The position numbers and the translations under genes are program-made. The notes beneath the pieces were generated by a model. That model made no database searches, had not been told where the DNA came from, and saw only the letters and a list, made by a program, of their open reading frames with translations. This document shows positions 27,286-40,263 of a stretch of 64,000 bases of DNA, one piece after another. Every line of letters begins with the position of its first letter. Positions within the stretch are counted from its first letter, which is position 1. Location of the stretch: NCBI GenBank assembly GCA_002189035.1, contig NEEC01000024.1, forward strand, positions 806,001 to 870,000, in the 5' to 3' direction. This DNA comes from Utricularia gibba (lineage: Eukaryota > Plantae > Magnoliophyta).

Positions 27286-30211
27286 ATAAGTTTTCTACTT
27301 CAAAGCATTACACCTCAATATCATGACACATCACGATACACATGAACACCATGCCATATCTCATGAACTTTTACTTATTTTAAATTACCAAATAGAAATC
27401 ATTTGACAATTAAGGAGGCTTTCTCCAGTAAAAAAAAAAAATCACAGAAATTCAAGCACTCAATAGAAAGTTACAAAATCCTGATGTTGGACTCGAAAAC
27501 CAATTTTTAGGGCTCAAGTAGATTTCAAAGGTTTTAAAAATACACCCATAGCTTCCTACTCCTATCTCCAAACTGATAAATTCTTTTTGAGACATCATCG
27601 CAACATAAGATACAAAAGTTATGTGCAGCATATCTCATGAATCATAGCCAATCACATAAAAGCCATGAAACACAGATAATCACGTAAGCACATATTTACA
27701 CACAGAGCACATCACATAAATTCCGAACCCGTCATCTTGCTTACCCCTGTCCAAATCAGCCCCTTCAAAAACCAAACCCTTCGTATATCATTCTAATATA
27801 AGCCTGCGAAGTTCTGCGATATTGGCACTACCGCAAAGCTCTCAACAAATCGAACTTCACAATGGTACAAACTATTCTTATGATATCCCTATCAACAGAC
27901 CCCCCTTCTATCCCTCATGTTCAAATGCTTTTCCTTTCATCTATCTTCTTCTTTTTATAACATTAGTCATGTTTATTTGTAATTCCTCTAAACGAGACAC
28001 ATCACCAACACATGACACTTTCTTATTCTACATGAAACACATGTCAATATCATATTAAAACACGTGGCACTCTCTGATTGGCAATGCTATATGTTTTATC
28101 TTTGTTGTCCTTAGCTTACTAAAATCATTGGCGCTTTCCAATTGGTCATGGTTGTATGTATGATTGTTCTATGTTCTACCTTTTCCTTTCCTCCTATTCC
28201 AATCTTAATTCTAAAACCTCACAATGTATGTGAACTTATTATGAGTATTGAGTAGTCCATACTCAAGGGGAAGGCATCCACTAAGAATGGCAAGTCTAGT
28301 ATTTCTCTACTTTCTACTTTTAGGGTTTATGAAGAGGTATTGGATCATCTTCCCGGTCTTTCTTTTGGAACCTCTCTATAAAAGGTTGTTCTTTTTTTTT
28401 TCTTTCTTGAATTATACATTTGTAAGTCGATACTCCATCATTTTCCAACAATACCTTATTGTATAAAATTCCCTCTAGGACAAATGAATTTTTAAGCATT
28501 CATCAATAAAATTTGCATCATAGCCTTTCACCCCATTTTGGTCCATCTATTAGCACAACAAGGAAGAGAGGCTGTATAACTTGCCTACAAAGTTTGCAAA
28601 GGGCCTTTGTTTCGTCCATGCTATCAATTTGCAACTCCTTGATTGCCCTTCATGAAAATGGTATGCTTGCTCTGCCATGTAGGAGTTTGAATCTGAAAAC
28701 TATGGTTAGAACAACTCCTAAACAAATAATATGTCCTTAAGTACCACTAATTACCTCCCACATGGGCATGTGTGTTGTTCATAAGGCTTTGTGAAATGGT
28801 TTTTCTTGACCAGACAATGCTTCAATGCTTGTAGTGGAGACAAGCACTTAGGGCTTTTAGAGGGTGATATGTATTTTGGCTCCATCTTAAGGGGGCCAAT
28901 GGTCGAAGATTTCTGACATTTATTCTCACAAGGGATAATGTAATTCTTGCAACCAATAAGGGAAGGTAGCTCTCTGTTTGGCCTTCTCTAAAGTCCTCAC
29001 TGCAAAAAAATTAATGACATTCAATGTATACTCATAAAATTAATGACATTCAATGTAATTCCCTAAGTTAGACCCTTTCTTAAGCTAAAGTCTTTGGTTG
29101 CAAAAATGTCCCTAGTATGATGCTTTGAGGGTGTTCACCACATAGTTTTGGGGGCACTTAGGATTGACTACTAGTCCTTCAAGGACATCCATAAAATAAT
29201 AAACATAACAAAGATATTTTACTAATAAATCATCAAAGTAAGGTATTTCAAAAATAAAAGATTAATGACAAAGTTCTATAGAATCATGATCAATCCACGC
29301 CCAAAAGAAAATGAGACTACAACCAAGGATGTCACACACGTTAGATGAAAGATTTAGGCACCTAAGGAGAGCTACTATGCATAGAGTAATAATTACCTTA
29401 CTGTATATTAAAGACTACCTTCTCCTTGTAATGGTCTTCAGTACTTTTTATTTCCATGGATTCTATAACTCTTAGGAGATAGCCTAGCTCCATGAAGAAA
29501 CCACCACGTCGTTCCAATTCCCAGGGGGTATGACAAAGGTTCTTCCCTATTCTTAACTACCCATTACTGATTCGCAAAGATTAGAACATAATATTATGCC
29601 ATCTCTACTCTACTGAATCCATCAGCTTCTTCTTGAGTCAGTTAAGTAGTCCTTGCTGGGTAAAACACAAAAAGGAAAGGATGACTTATATCCCCAATTC
29701 CACTAGTAACGTGGAATCTCATGTTCGCCCAAGCTGCCATCCAAGCTTCTTGGCTCGAAAACTTCTCCATGCGCCGACCTACAGTAATACATTGGGACTC
29801 CAATCTGCAGATAGTGAATGAACAGTCACCAAAATCATCAAAAAATAAGGATCTAGAGAATATTGCTCACATCCTCCCGGCCCTCATGATTGAGGTTATC
29901 TATACAAGAATCACCGGGTCAATATCACATTTATGGAAATACTCGTAGCTCCTGTTGTTCCACCTTCACGAAGGCAATGGATGAGGGTGGGAATTCACCT
30001 CAAGCCCTCAGTTACTTTCGAGTATATTCGTAAGGGTGTATTTGTTCTCACAAAATTAATATACCAAAAATATTTTAATAAGAATATGTAGATAGAAAAG
30101 GAATATGTTTTAATAGATACAAAATATTTTGGAGTTCATTTTTATCAAACAACGATTGTATCTTTTTCTAAAAAATTAATATATCGTCTAATAAATCCAA
30201 CCCACCATGAA

Positions 30212-30614
30212 TAGAGGTGGGCACGGGTCCGACTCGGCGGGTCACGGGTCGAACCCGCCGGGTAAAAAATGAAATGGCTGACTTGGTGGGTATGAGTTGA
30301 CGGGTTGGATGGGCTGACCCGTCCCGGGTCACGGGTTGACATGTGTCATTTTTTTTTTAACTTTAATAATATTAGACATATTCATTGATAATTAGATTAT
30401 GGGCTACTTATGTATTTATATTTTTGTGAGTTAGTCCAATATTTCTTAATACACTACACGCTAGGCCCATTTATACTGATCTGCCGGATGACTCGTACCT
30501 GTGTACAACCGACCCGTCCCGTACCCGTTTTCGACGGTTACGGGTTACGGGTTGGACCCATCACGGGTTGACCCGCCGGATACACGGGTCAACCCGTAAC
30601 CGTGCCCAGCTCTA
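30212..30614. mobile_element. hAT-superfamily MITE (403 bp)
   Basis: 15-bp TIR TAGAG(G/C)TGGGCACGG with one mismatch. Perfect 8-bp TSD ACCATGAA at 30204-30211 and 30615-30622. Dense subterminal CGGGT/ACCCG motifs. Confidence 0.93.
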
Positions 30615-31703
30615 ACCATGAAAGAAAGTAAATGAATGAAATGGAGTGAAAGAAAATTGTGAGGAAAAATCCAAAGGAAAAAAGATCGTTCTAATATACT
30701 ATTAGAGAAAGGTAAATTACATTTCTTGAGATATCCAAATTTTTACTTCATTTGATCTTTTAAATATTAAGTATTTAAAATCTCAAATACATTATTCTTC
30801 TTTTTTAAATCCTCAAAAAAAATAATGAAATATAATTTTACAAGTACCATCAATTATGTTTAACAAACCCACCCATTGTGAATACACTGACAATGCACAG
30901 TCACTTTGAAGGATTACCAAAGCATGATGTGAATCTTTCATACTTGTTTACAGGAGCTACTTCACAATGCCAAAGGAAGGGCTTGAGAGGAGAGGTACAC
31001 GAAAACTTTCATCCTTGTTTTTATCGTCTTCATGTACTTGGAAAAGTTTCCTGCACCTTGCAAGCGTTTGGTATTGTGAAGTTGCCCTTGTAATCAAGGG
31101 TGAAAGATTCAACACCAGAAAATGTTTGTTTTGGTTTAAGAGCCCAGTATAGGCTCATACCAAAGGCAGTGAGTATAATGAATCAGGTTGTTCATAACTT
31201 CCGCTCCACGCATGCTTCAGAGTCCGTCCAGCTGTGGGATTCCTTTCAAATTTCAAAATTTTTAATACCCTTTTAACTTCGTTGCGGCAAATGGAGAACC
31301 TTTGCGTCCATTTCTGTACTGCGACCTACGGTGAAAGTAGTTCTTGACAGAGGTATGTATACTGCTTTTCGTAGTTCGTCTGTGATTTGTTCTTGTTTGG
31401 ATTTCAGGGTTTATGTACCTTGCTGTTTCCCAGAAACCTTCCACGATTACGGTTTTTACGGTGTAGTTAGTTCAATGCTTTCCGTTTCTTTTTTCTTTTA
31501 CGTAGTCTGACGCTCAGGTAGCCACCGTTACTTCCGGTGGGGATTTTCTTGCTGTGTTGATGTCGTTGATTCGTTTCTGCCTACAAGTTGTTCGCCGAAA
31601 TGCTCTTCTTTTTAATTCATTTGAATTTTCTTTGTATTGGTATCCCGTGACTTTCGGATCGTCGGTAACTTGATTTTTATTTTTACGTTCCAGCAAGCAT
31701 GTC

Positions 31704-32451
31704 ATGGCGACCTCGGTGGCTATGAACGATGCTCCGAGGAAGCATAGGATTCTACTTGCAGCCACCGGATGTGTCGCTGCAATGAAGTTTGCTCATCTTT
31801 GCCATTGTTTTGTCGAGTGGGCTGAAGTAAAAGCTGTTGCCACTAGAGCGTCATACCATTTTCTCGACATTGCTTCCCTCCCAAAAGATGTGATTCTTTA
31901 CACTGATGAAGATGAATGGTCTAGTTGGAACAGGATTGGTGACAGCGTGCTGCACATTGAGCTTCGAAGGTGGGCTGACGTTTTGGTCATTGCACCGCTG
32001 TCTGCGAATACACTTGCGAAGGTGAGTTGAGTTGTCTCCTTGAATGCACGGCATATCTCTCAATCTCAAACCACATGAAAATGCTTTGCCTGCTTCGAAT
32101 TTGATGTCTCGTGCTTCAAGACTCCATCATCAAGTTGTTTAACGTTTATCTTCTTATGTGGATCAGATTGCCACAGGATTATGCGATAACTTACTGACCT
32201 GCATCGTTCGGGCATGGGACTACAGCAAGCCACTGTTTGTTGCACCTTCAATGAACACCCTGATGTGGACCAATCCTTTCACTGAACGGCACCTGATGGT
32301 AGTCGACGAACTCGGGGTCTCCCTCATCCCACCGGTAAGGAAGAGGCTGGCCTGTGGGGATTACGGGAATGGAGCAATGGCTGAACCTTCGCACATATAT
32401 TCCACCATAAGGCTTCTCTTTGAGAAACGCGCAGCCTCCAGCGGTCAGTAA
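31704..32451 (+). CDS. HAL3: Phosphopantothenoylcysteine decarboxylase (HAL3-like flavoprotein), 200 aa; exons 31704-32021 and 32167-32451
   Basis: RILLAATGCVAAMKF, VLHIELRRWAD (catalytic His), IAPLSANTLAK, LCDNLLTCIVRAWD, PSMN and KRLACGDYGNGAMAE (catalytic Cys). Phase-0 GT-AG intron. Confidence 0.95.
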
Positions 32452-32649
32452 TGCAATTTTACATGGTTTTGTGAAATTCTCTTATTCTTTGGAATGACGG
32501 GCAATTAGGGTGCTGGAGGTTGTAGTCAGCAGAAAGATATATTCGTTCCTTGGAGAATGCAAGTGACAAAGAATACATCATAGCACATTTGCATTTGATA
32601 CGTTTCTATGGAAAAAGTACTAACAACATTGTACGCCATCGACTTCGTT

Positions 32650-35569
32650 TCATATAGTAACAGGGCTGCCCAACACAGCAGTGCTTCTTTTGTCGGACGA
32701 TGCCTGCATTCGTCTCTTGGATCTTACAGCTGCTGCTGCACCCTGTTTCCTGCCAGAAGCGGCTGCCCTGCCTTTATTTGCATTTTGCGTTATGCGAATG
32801 GGGATTCCGCTGAGATGGAAATCATCTGTTAGTGATTTGCTCAAGAACCTCACTTCTGTATCTGGCAGCTGGTCCTTGCCACTCAGAAATGCAACAAATG
32901 TGGGTGGCCGGGCTTTCACTTGAGTGAAGTACTTGACCTTTGGCTGCGTCGACTGATCTTTCCAGGAATGTCTGCTCATGACCTGCAAGTCCAGAAACCA
33001 TAGCTTATCACATCTGCTGTATGGCGAAGCAGAGACGCGATGAAACCTTTTGTAGCCAACGGTTGAGACGAGCTGTTGGCAATCTACAGCACCACTTTTC
33101 GTAAGTGTCGACTACTTGACGCATCACGGCTATCCGGCCTCTCCCTTCGATGGCAGATACGAATACGACAGGTATTCCAGTCACCTGAACACAATGAAAT
33201 AGCAGGCGGCAATAGTACAAGGAAAAAAATAATGTAACAAAACGACAAGCTCCAGAATGCAGGCAACATTACCTGTGGGATGACTGTCTGAATTTCTTCT
33301 GGTACTGCATTGATCACACTCTCATACATCTTCGGGTTCCCTCTTAAAAGGTCCATCTTATTCACCACGACAACCAGACCTCGGCCTTCTTCGACTGCTC
33401 GCCTGGCTATAGCTACTTCGGCATGCTTCATACTCCTTTTGGCCTTCGCAATCTGCTCCAAGAGAATGAAAATGACCGATAAATGAAGACCATCATTACT
33501 CTGGTTTCCGGTACACAATGTTGTGAATTGTGTAAAGGACAGAGTTTGGTTTTAATAAACATACCTCCTGGGCGTCCAAAACCAACGCAACAACATGCGC
33601 CCTCATGAGATGCTTCCTTGACTGCACAATGCTTAATGAAGACGGCCCCTTGTCCTGTTTTGTTCTTTCCAACCACCCGGCAGTGTCAACCTGCATAGCA
33701 TTTTGAGCCGCGCGCATTAGGAGGTGCTGAGGCATTTTGAGGTGTAGACTGATGGACAACGAGAGGTAAACAAACTCAAGTCGACGCTCACCAGATATAT
33801 GCTTCGCCCATCATACTCAAATTCAACCCGAATCGAATCTCTGGTTAAGCCAGATTCGGGCCCAACCAAAATGCGGTTTTCTTGTAAAATTGCATTGAGT
33901 AATGTGGATTTCCCTACGTTTGGTCTCCCAACTATTGCCAACTGCAATGGAAGCTTGCCTTCAGCATCATTGGACTTCAGTGATGCACTCCGAGTTGGCT
34001 CCCCATCCGCAACTGAAAAAAAAAAAAAAAATAGCACCCCAATCGGCGACATTAGCCTGTATAAACAGCACCCACAAAACCAGAATGCTGACATGATGAA
34101 GGAAAATGAAAAGTGGCCTTTGAGATTTTACCGTTCATCTGGATCACATACTCCAAAAGCAATGGTCTCATAGCTTGATAAAGCTCAGACATTCCTAGTC
34201 CAGTTTCAGCAGATACAGCAAGAGGATCACCAAATCCTAGCGTATAAGCTTCACCAGCAGCAGCAGCAAGAGAGCCAGAAAATTCATCCAGCAACTCAGC
34301 TTTATTCATAACCACGATAGTTTTCATATTTGGGGCATTCTTTCTTAGCCACTTCCCAACATCCAAATCCATGGGCTGAAGGCCATCTCTGTAGTCGTTT
34401 TTTTTAAAATTTAAAGCAAGTAAATTGTCAAGCTCGTACTACAGAGATGTCTAGTCAGGCAAGAAAGGACCAGTAACAAGCAAAATCACATATTCTTAGG
34501 CAAGAAAGGGAACAATCTAACCTTGCATCAACTAGGAATAGAGCAAGTTGGGCCTTTAGAAGGACATCTGCAGTCATTGCAGCTGTCCTTCCAAGAACAG
34601 AACCTGAAGATGCCTCTGCCTCCAAACCTGCTGAATCTACAACACGAAAGCGCAGGTCACCCAACTTAGCAACCCCATCTCGTATGTCACGTGTAACATG
34701 GTCGTTTGGTGTGTTGTAAACAAGAGCTTCTCTTCTTCGAATTAGCCTAAAACATAACAAGACACTCACATCTCAAACGCAGAAAAATGAGAAAAGATGA
34801 TCATGTCAATCCATAGTTAAGCACGAAGTCAGGATGTGAGTCTTCACCGGTTAAATAAAGCTGACTTTCCAACATTGGGACGGCCAATTATGATGACTGA
34901 TGGTAGCTTCTCAACAGGAATTTTAGTAAAATCAACCGATTTTGATGAGGTAAACTTATCATTTGGGACATCCGCTAGACCTGCAAGAGCCTCAGCATCT
35001 TCAATTTCACAGCTTGAATCAGTGGATGACAATGTGGTTTCAGATATACTTCCAGCATTCTGACAACATAAAGAGCGTGATATACAGAATGAACTTCCAC
35101 CCCCCAATCTGAAGGAAGTTACTCCACTATCACAGGATGTCGTAGTCCCTAACCACAGATATTGTGGCACACGTGTTAAAACCCCAAAGATCAGCAAAAT
35201 CAAGCCTTGCCCTCAATTATCATTCAGCAAAAAGGTAACGATATCGATCATTCACTTTATTCAAAGAATAGTTGCAGATTTAAAAAATTACTTATGCACA
35301 TCGAATCCAGTATATAGAGACACTTATAAGTAGTATCAAAACCTGAAGCTTTTGACTTCAAACATGTAAAAAAAAAAAAAAAAACGCAAGGAGTGTTTAC
35401 AATACGGTGATGCTATTTGTCTGCTGCCGCTTAGAACGGTTCCTTCTCCAATGCCAAACAAGTTCGAAGCTTGTTCCCCTCCAGATATTATGGTGCGATA
35501 CCTTAAGCGTTTAGCAACAGAGAAAAGGGCTCCTCGGCTCGATAAAGCCCAAAAGAATGCCTTGCACAT
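32650..35569 (-). CDS. der: Der/EngA double-GTPase ribosome biogenesis factor, organelle-targeted; N-terminal exons uncertain
   Basis: Two G1 motifs GRPNVGKS, plus DSAG/DTAG, NKAE/NKMD and a KH-like tail ([15 protein letters not shown]). In-phase GT-AG exons ~35085-34848, 34746-34522, 34388-34132, 34012-33792, 33690-33565, 33452-33273, 33184-33047 and 32982-32650. Confidence 0.92.
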
Positions 35570-38509
35570 CCTTAAGCTTACAAGTGACGCGCGAAAGCTC
35601 ACATCATTTCCAGTCACCAAGTTCAACTCTTGGAATCAAATTGCAAGACCAACGGGCATCATCGACCAAAGTTAATATATCTCTGAAAAATCGTATCATC
35701 ACGATTTAAGCCAGCAAGAAAAATCGTATCATCGACCAAAGTTCACATGCGATTCCACGGAGAACTCGGGAGCTTCTGCCCCGCACGGCGGGCGGCGAGA
35801 CCGCCATTTCCCTTACAACTGAACTGGGTTGGGCTTTTCCCACACGCAAGCCCAGTATCACGAATTGAGCTCCTCCCATCGGACTAAGAACAATGGGGTC
35901 ATGTTTGTACTGGGGTTCTTATTTCCATGGCAGAAGTTGGGCTTAGCTTTAGCCTTTATAGGTGGGGATAATGATAAAGCGGAAAATTGAAGGAAAAAGG
36001 AAAGTCGAGTTTCAAAGATCGTGACTTGACGTGGGAAGACGAGGAGTTAGTGGAGAACTTCTTCACTCCATTCTTGAATACGGAATCATGTGGCTCGCTG
36101 TTAGCCATCGCCTCCAAACACAAAATTGTACTCTCACAACAACCACACACAATCTTTATGATCGCTCACACGATATGAACTTAATCGTCTTAATCAAATT
36201 AACCATTAAATATTTTATCTATAATTATATAATCTACAAAATTGTTTTATAGATTTTTTGAATATAAAAATTATTCTTTCATTTTCATGTTATTAATAAC
36301 ACTAGAATATATCTCTTTTTTTCTTTATTATAGTTTTTCTAACTTCAATTTTTCTATATTCTCGTTATTCCTTTATCTCTCTTTCTGTATGGATGGTAGA
36401 TGAAATTACCAAACAAATCTTATATATATTCCGAAAAGCATCACTCTATATATCTCCTCTTGTTGCTATATCCCCAAACCCTTACCAGATTTTACGAGGG
36501 GAAATGGGTAAGAGTATGCCTACACCCCTAAAGGCCTCAACTACTATTCTTGGGTCAAGGCTATGCGACGTGGTCTTTCCATTCAAGAAAAACTAGGTTT
36601 CATAAATCTAGTGTGAAAGCACCAAAGGAAAGTAATCCCCATTACGAGGATTGGGTAAGATGCGATGATATGGGAGCAATCTCATTAAGTGTACTGACAC
36701 CAATATTGTTTCGATTATCTATTTAGATTATTCAACTCTTGAAATTTGCAAATGATAATTGTGTTGCAACCATTCAATATGATATTAGCATATTGATGCT
36801 TGAAAACTCACCAATCGATGACTACTATACAATGTTGGGGAGACTTTGGGAAGAACTTTTTCTATTATCATTTATCCCATTATAGCTGTAGAGCTGCAAT
36901 GATAATTATCTGAATGATTATTGAGAACAAAAAATGGAGGATAAAGTTTCAAATTCCTCATCGTTCTTGAATCTTCATATCATAATTTGACTTAACTTTT
37001 CCTAAATTAAAAAAATTATATCATCATGTCTTTCAAGAACACAAAAAGATGAAGCAAGTCACTCCTTTATTATCCACACCTATTAATGCATCTACTAATA
37101 TTGAAATTACAAACATACCTCTATACCTCCATGAAATACGGCAGCCAAGATCAAATGTGGAAACATCAATCATATCACAAATCATTATTATTTCATTATT
37201 GAATTTTCATTAGACAAGAAGAAGCCTTCTCAAGAACAACATTAAGAAAACGGTGATTACACACATTTTATAATATTTTTTATTCTATAAAATTATAATT
37301 TTTAGCAATAAAATTAGATATTTTATTTATGATTCTGAGTATTTTAAGTATTTTAGTATTATTTATATTTTTATTTATAATTATGAACTAAATTAGTTTA
37401 TATTATGTTTTTCTAATATTTATCTTAGTCTAATAGCAAAGTCATGGACAAATTAAGCATCATTTTGGTATGCACAAATCGATGGTAAACAATACCAACA
37501 AAGTTAAAATAGAAAAAATAAATGAACAAGACAATTTACTCCAAAACATAAATAACTTCAACTGAAAATGAAAGGAAAAATATATGATGCACGTAAATCC
37601 AATGAAAAGAAGATAAGGAGAAAAAAGAAAGATATTTTTGTTCTTCTCTAAAGAAGAAAATAAGAGAAATAGAGAGTGAAAAAGGAGATATACGTGGAAA
37701 CTTCTAATTAGACCCCCTGGAATAAGAAAAAAAATTAACTAGATTGAGAAGGATGAAGAAGTTTGATTCACTGAAGAACTCAACCTAGTTACAGGATATG
37801 CTACTTTCATCTAAAATTAGCAATGTAAAAGCAAAATCAACTATTTGACATTTTTAAGATTTTTTTGACTTTTTATTTCTATTTATTTTTTATATCAAAA
37901 TTGTGACATTGGATCTGCTTTTGTTTGAAAATGTTTTATTTATCTTTAGTATGAATGACTAGATTAGAGTGATGATTCAGGGGAATGAGTCAATGTGCTC
38001 ATTGTATTCAAATACATTCAAACCAAATTTGTATTTTCTTCTTTTAACAAATTTGGATAGATCAACAAGGGAAGAAGATGAGAACACCTAACTTAGAATT
38101 AAATCAGAGAGCTAGAAGGCATTTAGTGGGTAAGGTTGTTAGATAGAGATTAATAGAATTAGGTAAGCTTAGTCTTATATACTTTGTAATAAAATTAAGT
38201 ATGAGGTGATTTAGAAAATTTAAAAAATCTAAAACCAAAAATTTTAGAAAAAAGTCACTTAAATTTGAATATCTTAATAATAGTTAGACTTTTGAGAAGG
38301 TTAAGACAAGAATTTCATTGAACACATAACCCTTTAAACTCTGAGATATTACATTTAATATATTAGAGTTAGCATTTGAGTTACCCTACTTATTACTTTT
38401 ACATGATTGGTTGTTGCTTGTATTTTCTTAGTTATAGCTCAAACTGAAAATTGATTATCATACTTGAATACATGAACTTTAACATAATAAGCACTAGTCT
38501 CTTTATGTT

Positions 38510-40263
38510 TGATAACACATATTTTTGAGTGATGAAATGCATGGAAATTACTCATATTGTGTTACAAAAATCAGATTTTACTGTCTAGTTCTATATTTTT
38601 GCACAAAGTACCGTAGTTATGTTATTTTAGTCTTAGTTGGAACTCCCAACCTTCTAATTGTTTTATTCGAGCAATGCAGTGTAGGTCGTAACACAAATCC
38701 CAAAGAGCCGAATATGAACAGTGTGGTGGCAGAGGATGAGACAAAAGTTTGAAAAGGAATACACACAAAATCTAAGGAAAAGGAAAAAGGGGGATTTTGA
38801 ACAAAAAGAGGGAAAGATAGAGAGAGAAGACAGATTTCTTTATTGGAGACTCAAGACATATTTTTTAGAGATTTTTATGGGGTAGAAGAAGGAAGGGAAC
38901 GACGAACCAGAAGAACACAGCTTCTCTTTGAAGATTTATTTTCATTCTTAATACATACTGTTTCTAGCTAAGACTAGTTTTAGATTTACTGCGTGAACAA
39001 TTTGTCTTCTCTATTTCTGTTATGCATTGCTTGTTGTTGTTTAACTTTGAAACCAGAATGATGCTTATGATATGCTATGAAAACGTTTTCTTTTCCCTTA
39101 GCATGAGTGGCTAAACACTTAGGGGGGTGTCTTGGGATGAAAGGAGGGTAGATGTGCTAATCAATCTTTAGACTTAATCAACCATAAGTCACGTCACTTT
39201 CTTAATAAACCAGGATAGATCCAGGAGGGAGAAGTAGTGAAACCCAACTTAACAACCCTAATTAGAGGTAGACCAAAAATTAGGAGGAAAAAAAGAGTCT
39301 GGATAGACCTAAACCTTGTGAGTTAGTTGTATGATTTATGGTTTGTATGAGCTTTGATGAGTCCCAAGAAGATAATGAAGTGTATTTAAAGAATGATGAG
39401 GAGTTTGTCCAAGTGAACATATTAAAGACAAAGATGATTTCAACGGGATCAATGACTAGAAGCAAGAGCAAGATGCTTGAAGATACACTTAAGGCTCTAC
39501 TCAATACAATTGGAATCAAGTATGGACTTGAAGACATCCCATCAAAAGAGCTGAACTACTTGAAGATGGATTTATCTTAGAGCATTGGGCTTATTGTTTG
39601 GCCCAAGTAATGTTAGAGTCCAATCCTAGAGTATAAATACTCTAAAATTGTACTCTTTAAGGACCTTTAGTCATTTTCATGTATGTTGTGAGGATTCTCC
39701 TCTTCTTTAAGTGCTTGTACACTCTTGACTTATCAAGCTTTGAGCTTGTGGCGTCCTAGGATTATCACTTCCAATCCCTTCTCTTTTCTGAGGTGTGCCT
39801 CCTAATTTTCTTTGTTTCGAAGTCTGATTGCAAGAGATTCATTCTCTTGAGGGTAGACTTGGGTGGGTTCTCTTCTAAGTTTCAAAATCAACTCTTGTTC
39901 ATGGGTTGCTAATCTCTATAGATTAGAGGGTCACATCAAGCTTGTTTAGTGATAAGCATACATCCCCTAGAAATCCCAAGGTATCACCCATTTCATATTA
40001 TAAACCACCGAGTCCCAAGCTTGCAATTTTTTTTTACTGCATTCCATCGTAGTTTTGACTTAGTCCTAGTTAAGACCAAATCCACAAATGTGACATTGAT
40101 TTTTTGCATTGACCTTCACATGGTAAGCACCTAGCTTTTTGTGTTCGATCCTAGTCCACTATGTTCATATTTTTCATATGATTTGATGTGAATTAGGTTT
40201 ATAAATTTTATTTGATAGGAGAAATTTGCAAATTAACGACTTGCACAAATTTTTCGTTTATCA
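38510..40263 (+). mobile_element. Solo LTR, family Z
   Basis: Starts TGATAACAC and ends TTTTCGTTTATCA. TSD ATGTT at 38505-38509 and 40264-40268. Confidence 0.9.
39355..39938 (+). mobile_element. Solo LTR of a CRM-clade (centromeric) chromovirus, 584 bp
   Basis: TGATGAG..CACATCA ends. TSD AGCTT at 39350-39354 and 39939-39943. The LTR 5' part encodes GSMTRSKSKMLEDTLKALL, resembling the CR motif that runs into the LTR in CRM elements. Confidence 0.78.

Noticed and set aside
29007-29057. Short direct duplication AAAATTAATGACATTCAATGTA x2
   Set aside because: Typical slippage or repair scar in decayed TE DNA, with no sign of function.
28480-29960. Possible decayed Tat/Retand pol on the minus strand
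   Set aside because: Short hints (GQEKP, RAIKE) but no unambiguous catalytic motif.
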